32,000 nt of DNA from Opitutia bacterium KCR 482 (GTDB lineage: Bacteria > Verrucomicrobiota > Verrucomicrobiia > Opitutales > Intestinicryptomonadaceae): positions 690,001-722,000 of the forward strand of contig CP149973.1 of the NCBI GenBank assembly GCA_029269845.2, given 5' to 3'. Position numbers and translations under genes: made by a program. Positions 1 through 7,053 of this stretch are shown here, piece by piece. The notes under the pieces were generated by a model. The model saw only the letters and a list, made by a program, of their open reading frames with translations, was not told the origin of the DNA and searched no databases. Position 1 is the first letter of the stretch. The number at the start of each line of letters is the position of its first letter.

Positions 1-540
1 GAAGAAAAGCTCAAAACGCTCGAAACGAATTTTTCGTCGAACGACGAGGCAATGCAAAAGGCGTACAGGTTTGCGACAAGCCGCAAATACCGCATGATAT
101 TTTTGGAGTCGAACATCTGCGTGCCGCTCTCAAACGAAGAGCTGTCCACGCTCAAAGACTCCGACGGCAACGCGCTCGACCCGATGAAAATTCTCACGCG
201 CGGGGGGAAGTCGCTGTACGTCAAAAAAACCGTTTCGGGAAGCGACGAAAACCAGAAACTGCAACGCATGATAGGCTTTGTTGTGGCAAGACGCGCAGAC
301 CTCGACAACATGCGCAAAAAACTCGCCGAAACGACAGACCCCGCCGCCCAGCTCGAAATTACCGCAAAACTCGGCGCGGGCGAAAAGGCTCTGGCGGAAG
401 CGGAAGACAAACTGCGCACCGAATACGGAATCAAGGCGAAGTCCGACTATGTTATAGAAACTTCAAAATCCAAAATGTACCTCATCTTGACGCCGGAGGA
501 AATCCTGAAAATAGAAGCCCAAAACAAACTGCAAAAATAG
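1..540 (+). CDS. hypothetical protein, 5' end probably outside window
   Basis: ORF track gives 52..540. The same frame is open back to nt 1 (EEKLKTLETNFSSNDEA before the first Met). A hairpin plus T-run follows at 562..587. No family motif recognised. Confidence 0.6.
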   Translation, partial: EEKLKTLETNFSSNDEAMQKAYRFATSRKYRMIFLESNICVPLSNEELSTLKDSDGNALDPMKILTRGGKSLYVKKTVSGSDENQKLQRMIGFVVARRADLDNMRKKLAETTDPAAQLEITAKLGAGEKALAEAEDKLRTEYGIKAKSDYVIETSKSKMYLILTPEEILKIEAQNKLQK

Positions 541-561
541 AAAACCCCGCTTCTTCAAAAA

Positions 562-587
562 AACGCCGCGACCGCGGCGTTTTTTTG
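562..587 (+). terminator. intrinsic terminator candidate
   Basis: AACGCCG(562-568) / CGGCGTT(575-581) GC-rich stem followed by a T-run (580-586), 22 nt after the stop at 540. Confidence 0.6.
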
Positions 588-717
588 CGCCCCGACAGGC
601 GCGGCAAGCCAAATAAATCCCCCGCCCGCAGACACACAAGCCGCGCGGCGACGCCGCCGCGAAAAAACCGCCGAATTATTGCGGCGAAAAAAATGAAAAA
701 ATTTTTCCGAAAAACGC

Positions 718-745
718 TTGACAAAAAATTTAACACTACCATAAA
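718..745 (+). promoter_or_regulatory. candidate sigma70-type promoter
   Basis: TTGACA (718-723), 16-nt spacer, CATAAA (740-745). Lies about 270 nt upstream of the 1018 start. Read by eye only. Confidence 0.3.
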
Positions 746-1017
746 GGTCATCATTATGTTTTTAAATTTTAACAACGGCGAATTTTTCGGAACACAGTGT
801 AGAAGCTGTCGAAGCCGCAACCGCAAACGAATGCGCGGGGCGGCGGTAATCGCCGTGTATTGAGGAATAGTGGGCTTAACGTTCAACCTAACCTTTTTCC
901 GTTCCGCTTTCCCCGACAAACGCAAAAACCGCACGCACCCTTTCCGCCGCCCGACGCCCCGACTCAATTTTAAACTTAAAGACTACTATTTTAATAATAT
1001 ATAAGGAAACCACTAAA

Positions 1018-2004
1018 ATGAAAAACAAAAAAGCACTTCTCGCATACGCGCTCCTCGCGCTTTCCCCCATTACCTACGCGGCGTCTTCGGAAGCCGCAGT
1101 CGAAGCAAACGCGGCTCCCGCAGAAAAAGCGGAAGCCCCCAAAGCCGCCCCCGAAAAGGGCGCGCCGCTCCCGCTTCTTACAATAGACGGCGTGGGAGGG
1201 GTAGTTCTCACGCCGATAGCGTACCTCGTAAATCCGGGGGCTGAGGGAACGGAAATCGGGCTTCCGTCAATCGGGGCGACATACGTCAACGCGCGGCAGA
1301 AAAACGTGGAAAGCTTCGGCATAACAGAAACGCTGTTCACGCGCGTCGAACTCGGCTACAACGCAAGCAGATTCGGCACAGGCTCGCTGCAAAGCGACGT
1401 TCTCGCCTACGCGGGGGCGAACATAGAGCGCAACGACGTTTGGCTGCACACGCTCAACGCCCGCGTAAACGTAATCCGCGAAAACGATTTCGACACAAAG
1501 TTCCTGCCCGCAATCACGCTCGGCGCGCACTTTAAATACAACGACGGAATCTCCGAAATAAACAAAAATCTCGGCGGACTCCTGACCAACATAGGCTACA
1601 ACCGCGACTGGGGCGTGGAATTCACCGCGACGGCGTCCAAAACTTTCGTCGTCTACGGACACCCGCTCATTTTCTCGATTACAGGCCGCGCGACCGACGC
1701 CGCAAACCTCGGCTACACGGGCTATTCGGGCAAGTACGAATTTTCGGCGGAGGGCAACGTGGTCTTCGGCATAACCGACTGGCTGTTTGCGGCGTTCGAA
1801 TACCGCCAGAAAATCAACCAGTTCGACGAAGTGTACGCGGGCGGCAAAGAGCTTATCGGCAACGAAAACGACTGGTGGACGGTCGGGCTTGCGGCGGTCG
1901 TCTCGCCCCACCTGACGCTGACGGCAGGCTACGGACACCTCGGCACGGTTCTGAACACGCGCGAAAATACCGCTTGGGCGGCGTCGATAAAGTACGAATT
2001 CTAA
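1018..2004 (+). CDS. secreted/outer-membrane beta-barrel-like protein, DUF3034-like
   Basis: N-terminal signal peptide (MKNKKALLAYALLALSPITYAAS). Alternating beta-strand-like pattern. C-terminal ...SIKYEF with terminal Phe, typical of OM beta-barrels. Blocks RVELGYNASRFGTGSL and FEYRQK...NDWW resemble DUF3034 as I recall it. Family assignment is from memory, not searched. Confidence 0.75.
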   Translation: MKNKKALLAYALLALSPITYAASSEAAVEANAAPAEKAEAPKAAPEKGAPLPLLTIDGVGGVVLTPIAYLVNPGAEGTEIGLPSIGATYVNARQKNVESFGITETLFTRVELGYNASRFGTGSLQSDVLAYAGANIERNDVWLHTLNARVNVIRENDFDTKFLPAITLGAHFKYNDGISEINKNLGGLLTNIGYNRDWGVEFTATASKTFVVYGHPLIFSITGRATDAANLGYTGYSGKYEFSAEGNVVFGITDWLFAAFEYRQKINQFDEVYAGGKELIGNENDWWTVGLAAVVSPHLTLTAGYGHLGTVLNTRENTAWAASIKYEF

Positions 2005-2007
2005 ACC

Positions 2008-2976
2008 ATGAAAAACAGTTTCGAAATTCCTACTACGAAAGCCGCGGCCTCGCAAGAGGCGCGGCGTTTTATTGAATCGCTCCCGCCCGACTTCGCGCAG
2101 GCGCAGTCGGACGCGCTCGACGAAGCCGTCGCGGGAAATTCGGCAAAACTCGACGCCGTGCGCGAGGGCAGAAAAACGCCAACCGACGTGCGCGACGATT
2201 TGTATATGCTCGAAATCCGCAAAAAATTCGGCGGCACAGATTCGAAAATCCGCGTCTACCTGCCGAAAAATTCTGAGGGCGACATGCCGATAGTTGTCTA
2301 CTATCACGGCGGCGGCTGGTGCATAAACTCGGTCGAAAGCTGCGCGAGAATCTGCCAAGACATAGCGGAGAAAAACAACGCCATTGTGGTCTCGCCCGAC
2401 TATCGGCTCGCGCCCGAACACCCATTCCCCGCCGCGAACTCCGACGCGACGGAAACGCTAGACTGGACAATTGCAAACGCCGAAAAATTCGGCGGCAACC
2501 CGCGCAGAATCTTCACCGCGGGCGACAGCGCGGGCGGACACCTCGCGGCGGTAGCCGCCCTTGCGCGACCGAAAGCCGTGCGCGGCGCAATCCTGATTTA
2601 CCCCGCGCTCGACCTCACCGCAAAAAGGCGGCCGTCGCGCTCGCTCTTCGCAAAGGGCTTCTGCCTCAACGGCGACCTCATGGACAAATTCACCGCCGCG
2701 TACATACCCTCGGAGGAACAACGCGCAACGCCCGAAGCGTCGCCGATTTTAGCCGACAAATCGAACTTCCCCGACGCCCTGATAATTTCGTCGCAATGCG
2801 ATATTCTGCGCGACGAAGCCGAAGAATTCGCCCGCTCCCTCGACGCCGCAAAACGCAACGTGCGCTACGTCTGCGTGGAGGGCGCAACGCACCTGTTCAT
2901 CACCCAAAAGGGAATGGACAAAGCGTACGCGCGGGCGCTGGCGGAAATCTCGGAATTCGTGGAGTCGGCGCAATAA
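2008..2976 (+). CDS. alpha/beta hydrolase, hormone-sensitive-lipase (Aes-like) esterase family
   Basis: HGGGW oxyanion motif, GDSAGG nucleophile elbow, DYRLAPEHPFP block, C-terminal His (GATHLF). No signal peptide. Starts 4 nt after the upstream stop, so likely the same operon. Confidence 0.9.
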   Translation: MKNSFEIPTTKAAASQEARRFIESLPPDFAQAQSDALDEAVAGNSAKLDAVREGRKTPTDVRDDLYMLEIRKKFGGTDSKIRVYLPKNSEGDMPIVVYYHGGGWCINSVESCARICQDIAEKNNAIVVSPDYRLAPEHPFPAANSDATETLDWTIANAEKFGGNPRRIFTAGDSAGGHLAAVAALARPKAVRGAILIYPALDLTAKRRPSRSLFAKGFCLNGDLMDKFTAAYIPSEEQRATPEASPILADKSNFPDALIISSQCDILRDEAEEFARSLDAAKRNVRYVCVEGATHLFITQKGMDKAYARALAEISEFVESAQ

Positions 2977-3014
2977 AAACTTCTCGACAAACACTTCCGA
3001 TTCGATAGAGTATA

Positions 3015-3449
3015 ATGGCAATGAAAATTTCCACAAGAGGTAGATACGGACTGCGAATCATGCTCGACCTCGCCCAGCACGACGGCGACCAGCCGCGCAT
3101 GATTGGCGACATCTGCAAGGCGCAGGACCTGTCGAAAAAATACGTCGGCAGACTGATTCTCAAACTGCGCAACGCGGGCATGATTGCCTCGGTTCGCGGG
3201 GCGAAGGGCGGCTATAAAATCAAGCGAATGCCCAAACACATCACATTGCTTGAAATCATCGAAACAATGGAGGGCCCGATTTCGATTGTCGATTGTGTGC
3301 GCTGCCCGCGCAAATGCAAACGCTCCGAAAACTGCATAGCCCGCGACATCTGGGGAGAGCTGAACGAAAAAATCAGAAAGACACTCGAATCGCTCACGCT
3401 CCAAGACATAATCAACCGCCACGCGGACATCGAAGACTACTGCATTTAG
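3015..3449 (+). CDS. Rrf2-family transcriptional regulator with Cys cluster motif
   Basis: N-terminus M(AM)KISTRGRYGLRIMLDLA is the classic Rrf2 wHTH start. Also GYKIKR and the Cys-rich stretch DCVRCPRKCKRSENC (possible Fe-S ligands). The start could be 3015 or 3021. Confidence 0.9.
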   Translation: MAMKISTRGRYGLRIMLDLAQHDGDQPRMIGDICKAQDLSKKYVGRLILKLRNAGMIASVRGAKGGYKIKRMPKHITLLEIIETMEGPISIVDCVRCPRKCKRSENCIARDIWGELNEKIRKTLESLTLQDIINRHADIEDYCI

Positions 3450-3531
3450 CGCGTTTTTTCGCCCCCCGCCCGCGGCAAACGCAAGAATGCCGCCGCTTAA
3501 ATAGAAAACAACAATCCCATTAAAAACATCG

Positions 3532-3560
3532 AAGCCCCGAAAAATTCGGGGCTTTTTCTT
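3532..3560 (+). terminator. intrinsic terminator candidate
   Basis: AAGCCCCGAA / TTCGGGGCTT perfect 10-bp stem, AAA loop, then TTTTTCTT. Confidence 0.7.
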
Positions 3561-3725
3561 TGCGCGGATAGGCGGAAAAATTATAACGGCATCGGAAAAA
3601 TAAACACCGAATAAAAGCCGCGCACTTTAACAAAAAATCGCGCGCGCCAACAAGCAAAAAACCCCGCGCGGCGCACAATCCAGAATAGAGCGCGGAAACA
3701 ATCCAACTCCAACACTACACGGCAC

Positions 3726-3754
3726 AAAAAAAGACCGCGCGGAAAGCGCGGTCT
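3726..3754 (-). terminator. intrinsic terminator candidate for cysK
   Basis: On the minus strand: AGACCGCGC-TTTC-GCGCGGTCT followed by T7. Lies about 35 nt after the cysK stop. Confidence 0.75.
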
Positions 3755-3789
3755 CTTAGCGGGACGGGGAATTGCCCGCTTTCGGGAAA

Positions 3790-4710
3790 TTAGTCGCTAT
3801 ACAGCCAAGTAGATAGGTAGCGCGTGCCCGTGTCGGGAACGATTGCCACAATCTTCTTGCCCGCGTTTTCGGGAAGTTTTGCGAGTTCGAGCGCGGCAAA
3901 AATCGCAGCCCCCGCCGAAATGCCCGAATGTATGCCCTCCTCTTTCGCGAGCCTGCGGGCGGTGTCGCCAGCATCGGCGTCCTTGACGCGAATTACGCCG
4001 TCAATGACCTTAGAGTCGTAGATTTTCGGGACAAAGCCCGCGCCGATACCCTGAATCTTGTGGGGGCCGGATTTTCCGCCCGAAAGAACGGGGGAAGAGT
4101 CCGGCTCTACCGCATAGATTTTGACGGAGGGTTTGAGGGGTTTGAGCGCCTGACCGATGCCGCTGATTGTGCCGCCGGTGCCGACACCCGCAACAACGAT
4201 GTCAACCTGACCGTCGGTGTCCTCCCAAATTTCCTTGCCCGTGGTGAGGCGGTGGATTTCGGAGTTCGCAAAGTTTTCGAACTGTTGTGGAATGAACGCG
4301 TCCGCGTTCTGCTCTTTGAGTTCGAGAGCCTTTTCGATTGCGCCCTTCATGCCCTTCGCGCCGTCGGTGAGGACGAGCTGCGCGCCGAGACTGAGCAGGA
4401 ATTTTCTGCGCTCTACACTCATCGTTTCGGGCATGGTGAGAATGAGCTTGTAGCCCTTGACCGCCGCGACGAGCGCAAGACCGATACCCGTGTTGCCGCT
4501 GGTAGGCTCGATAATCAGACCGCCTTTTTTGAGCAGACCTTTTTTCTCGGCGTCCTCGACCATGGCGAGAGCCGCCCTATCCTTAACGGAGCCGGAGGGG
4601 TTGAAAAATTCGAGCTTGGCAAGAACCTCGGCTTTCGAATCGTTGAGTTTGTTGAGTCGGACAAGGGGAGTCCCGCCGACAAGTTCAAGAATGTTGTTTG
4701 CAATTTTCAT
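3790..4710 (-). CDS. cysK: cysteine synthase A (O-acetylserine sulfhydrylase)
   Basis: Full-length match to CysK hallmarks: [28 protein letters not shown] (PLP lysine), [22 protein letters not shown], length 306 aa. Confidence 0.95.
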   Translation of the reverse strand: MKIANNILELVGGTPLVRLNKLNDSKAEVLAKLEFFNPSGSVKDRAALAMVEDAEKKGLLKKGGLIIEPTSGNTGIGLALVAAVKGYKLILTMPETMSVERRKFLLSLGAQLVLTDGAKGMKGAIEKALELKEQNADAFIPQQFENFANSEIHRLTTGKEIWEDTDGQVDIVVAGVGTGGTISGIGQALKPLKPSVKIYAVEPDSSPVLSGGKSGPHKIQGIGAGFVPKIYDSKVIDGVIRVKDADAGDTARRLAKEEGIHSGISAGAAIFAALELAKLPENAGKKIVAIVPDTGTRYLSTWLYSD

Positions 4711-4878
4711 GTTTCTACTTTCTTTGTGTTTTAAATTGAATGATATTGTTTGTTGGTATTTTGCACCATCGATTTTCTTTTAATCTTCCGCGCCGTGCGC
4801 TCACTTTTTAGGGGCGTCAAAGTACTTTCATAAGAGTGCCTTTCACGCGCTTGCGGGGTGCGTGGCGTACGCGGCTGG

Positions 4879-4902
4879 AAAAAATCCGCGGTAGCTCGCG
4901 AA
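4879..4902 (-). terminator. short hairpin plus U6, terminator/attenuator-like, inside repeat copy 1
   Basis: Minus strand: TTCGCG-AGCTAC-CGCGGA followed by TTTTTT. The 6-bp stem includes one G.U pair. An identical copy lies at 5190..5213. Confidence 0.35.
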
Positions 4903-5189
4903 ACACCCTACTCCACTTTTCCCAGAAAACAACCTAAAATCTTCGTGCGCAAGCACTCTAATTTTAGGGGCGTCAAAGTGCTTTCATAAGAGTGGCTTTC
5001 CTGTGCGCGGAGGGCGCGTGGCGTATTAAAATTTTTCAAAGAACAGGGCAGCTTCAAAACAGCCAACCTAACTTTTCCACGAAAACAACCTTAAATCTAC
5101 GCGCCGTGCGCTCACTTGTTAGGGGCGTCAAAGTACTTTCATAAGAGTGCCTTTCACGCGCTTGCGGGGTGCGTGGCGTACGCAGCTGG

Positions 5190-5213
5190 AAAAAATCCGC
5201 GGTAGCTCGCGAA
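5190..5213 (-). terminator. short hairpin plus U6, terminator/attenuator-like, inside repeat copy 2
   Basis: Same sequence as 4879..4902, offset by 311 bp. Confidence 0.35.
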
Positions 5214-5277
5214 ACACCCTACTCCACTTTTCCCAGAAAACAACCTAAAATCTTCGTGCGCAAGCACTCTAATTTTA

Positions 5278-5400
5278 GGGGCGTCAAAGTGCTTTCATAA
5301 GAGTGGCTTTCCTGTGCGCGGAGGGCGCGTGGCGTACTTATCGTACGCGAGCGGTCTGCGCGTACAGGGAAACGCTCTTAGGGAAGTACTTTGACGCCCC
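5278..5400. repeat. 123-nt imperfect palindrome (fourth repeat core paired with an inverted partial copy)
   Basis: Left arm 5278..5320 and right arm 5359..5400 are about 80% complementary by eye. The first 13 nt (GGGGCGTCAAAGT) pair perfectly. The central sub-hairpin is GCGTAC(5332-5337)-TTATC-GTACGC(5343-5348). The palindrome ends 1 nt before the metY stop codon (5402-5404). Confidence 0.8.
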
Positions 5401-5401
5401 G

Positions 5402-6685
5402 TCAAAGGACGGAGTCAAGCGCTTCAATGATATCGTCGGAGTTTTCGAGACCTATCGAGAGTCGGATTAAGTCTTTCGTCAGTCCGCCCGAAACCTGTTC
5501 TTCGTCCGAGAGCTGCGAGTGCGATGTGCTCGCGGGGTGGAGAATAAGGCTTTTTGCGTCGCCGACGTTTGCGAGGTTGCTGAAAAGCGGAATGTTGTCA
5601 ACAACCTTTACCGCCGCGTCGTAGCCGCCCTTCAAGCCGAACACGACCATTCCGCCGTAGATTCCGCGTTTGAGGTATTTTGCTGCAAGCTCGTGCGAGG
5701 GGTCGTCCTCCAAGCCCGGGTAGCGAACCCACGCAACGTTCTTGTGCGACTTCAAATACTTTGCGACTTTCAGCGCGTTCTCGCCATGGCGTTCGATTCG
5801 CAGCGGCAGACTTTCGAGACCTTGCAGGAAGAGCCATGCGGCGTCGGGCGCGAGGGTCGGTCCGAGGTTGCGGAGTCCGACAGTGCGGAGTCTCAAAATG
5901 AACGCGAGGGAGTTGAGGTCGCCGAGGTCGTGGGCGAAGCGGAGTCCGTGGTAGCCGCCGTCGGGCTTGTTGTAAAGCTCGAACTTTTCGTCGGACCAGT
6001 CGAAGTTGCCAGCGTCGATTACAGCTCCGCCGATTCCCGTGCCGTGCCCGCCAATCCACTTGGAGAGCGAGTGGATTACGATGTTCGCGCCGTAGTCGAT
6101 GGGGCGAAAGAGTCCGGGAGGCGTGAACGTGGAGTCCACAATCAGCGGCAGATGGTGCTTCTGCGCGATTTTCGCGTAGCCCTCGATGTCGGCGAAGTCG
6201 AGCTTCGGGTTGCCGATTGTCTCTATATAAATGGCGCGGGTTTTGGAGTTTATCGCCGCTTCAACCTCGTCGAATTTGTTGACGTGCGTGAAGCGCGTGG
6301 TGATTCCGAACGACGGCAGAATGGACGCAAACTGCGTGTACGTTCCGCCGTAGAGGTTGTTGGCGGAAACAAGCTCGTCGCCCTGTTTGAGAATGTTGGT
6401 GATTGCAAAGGCAATCGCCGCCGTTCCCGACGAAAGCGAAATCGCCGCCGCGCCGCCTTCGAGAGCCGCCAAACGCTTTTCGAGAACGTCGTTCGTGGGG
6501 TTCATGAGACGCGCGTAAATGTTGCCGGGCTCGCGGAGCGCGAAGAGGTCGGCGCCGTGCTTTGCGCTCTTGAAGTTGAAGGCGGTCGTCCTGTAAACGG
6601 GGACGGCGCGCGCGAGTGTCGCGGGGTCGGGCACTTGACCCGCGTGGATTGCCAATGTTTCGTATCTGTAATTTTTTTCGCTCAT
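5402..6685 (-). CDS. metY: O-acetylhomoserine sulfhydrylase (PLP-dependent, Cys/Met metabolism family)
   Basis: 427 aa. MSEKNYRYETLAIHAGQ N-terminus, NPTNDVLEKRLAALEGG, HSLSKWIGGHG (PLP lysine), LANVGDAKSLILHPASTSH. All are typical of MetY/OAH sulfhydrylases. Confidence 0.93.
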   Translation of the reverse strand: MSEKNYRYETLAIHAGQVPDPATLARAVPVYRTTAFNFKSAKHGADLFALREPGNIYARLMNPTNDVLEKRLAALEGGAAAISLSSGTAAIAFAITNILKQGDELVSANNLYGGTYTQFASILPSFGITTRFTHVNKFDEVEAAINSKTRAIYIETIGNPKLDFADIEGYAKIAQKHHLPLIVDSTFTPPGLFRPIDYGANIVIHSLSKWIGGHGTGIGGAVIDAGNFDWSDEKFELYNKPDGGYHGLRFAHDLGDLNSLAFILRLRTVGLRNLGPTLAPDAAWLFLQGLESLPLRIERHGENALKVAKYLKSHKNVAWVRYPGLEDDPSHELAAKYLKRGIYGGMVVFGLKGGYDAAVKVVDNIPLFSNLANVGDAKSLILHPASTSHSQLSDEEQVSGGLTKDLIRLSIGLENSDDIIEALDSVL

Positions 6686-7053
6686 TTTTGTGTCTTTCTA
6701 AATTTTTTGTTTTTTCGGTTTTGAATTTGAAGTTGGGTTTGAGTGGTTCGGATTAGGCGGAAAGGCGACAACACCCGTCCGCCCCGCTCATTCGAGCCGT
6801 CCCGCCCGACGCGAAGCGGACTTCCGCAAGACGGCCGCCGTTCAACCCGCGAGCCGCCGCAATCTTTTTTATATCGACTGAATAAATGCGTTTCATAATC
6901 TTTATTGTTTCGGTAGTCTTTCATTGACTACCAAACCTGTCAAGTATTTTTTTCAAAAAAAATCGAAAAGTTTTTTTCCGGCGCAAAATTCGCCGCCCGC
7001 TCTCCCTATATTTACTTGACGCGCGGGCGGACGGCATTATTGCTTTAAAGATT

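Larger units (their letters stand above)
4789..5336. repeat. nested tandem repeat: 237-bp unit x2 (offset 311 bp), composed of four ~155-bp subunits
   Basis: 4789..5025 matches 5100..5336 with 2 mismatches found by eye (4807/5118, 4873/5184). The core GGGGCGTCAAAGT(A/G)CTTTCATAAGAGTG starts at 4811, 4967, 5122 and 5278. No ORF of 60 aa or more on either strand. Confidence 0.9.

Noticed and set aside
668-695. Minus-strand terminator-like hairpin CGCCG-N8-CGGCG flanked by A/T runs
   Set aside because: The stem is only 5 bp, and no minus-strand gene lies upstream of it. The evidence is insufficient.
756-863. 35-aa small ORF (MFLNFNNGEFFGTQCRSCRSRNRKRMRGAAVIAVY) just downstream of the 718..745 promoter-like site
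   Set aside because: It is short, Arg-rich, and has no recognisable family or convincing codon bias. It cannot be supported from sequence alone.
1267-2421. 384-aa minus-strand ORF overlapping the DUF3034-like and esterase genes
   Set aside because: This is an antisense shadow ORF of two genes with clear family motifs. Its composition is R/A/V/F-rich and low-complexity, which is typical of GC-rich DNA.
4805-5340. Possible CRISPR array (a ~37-nt conserved core recurring four times)
   Set aside because: The spacing is about 118 nt, far longer than CRISPR spacers. The 'spacers' themselves are duplicated, giving an A-B-A-B pattern. The repeats are only ~85% identical between A and B types. No cas genes are in the window.
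5278-5400. Integron attC-like imperfect palindrome
   Set aside because: The ends do not match the RYYYAAC / GTTRRRY core sites; the GTT before the core is present in only one of four copies. No integrase or cassette-like promoterless ORFs are nearby.
5519-6724. 401-aa plus-strand ORF antisense to metY
   Set aside because: It is entirely antisense to a full-length, motif-perfect metY, and its sequence is R/V/E-rich and not protein-like.
6744-6762. tRNA T-arm-like GGTTCGGATT
   Set aside because: There is no complementary T-stem, acceptor stem or anticodon arm around it. This is a chance resemblance.
6720-6900. SAM-I or SAM-II riboswitch upstream of metY
   Set aside because: I could not find the characteristic elements on the minus strand: the GAGGGA / GGCCC / GCAACC / GGTGCCAA series for SAM-I, or the AAAGCU pseudoknot signature for SAM-II. 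Kept only as a generic 'long leader' observation.
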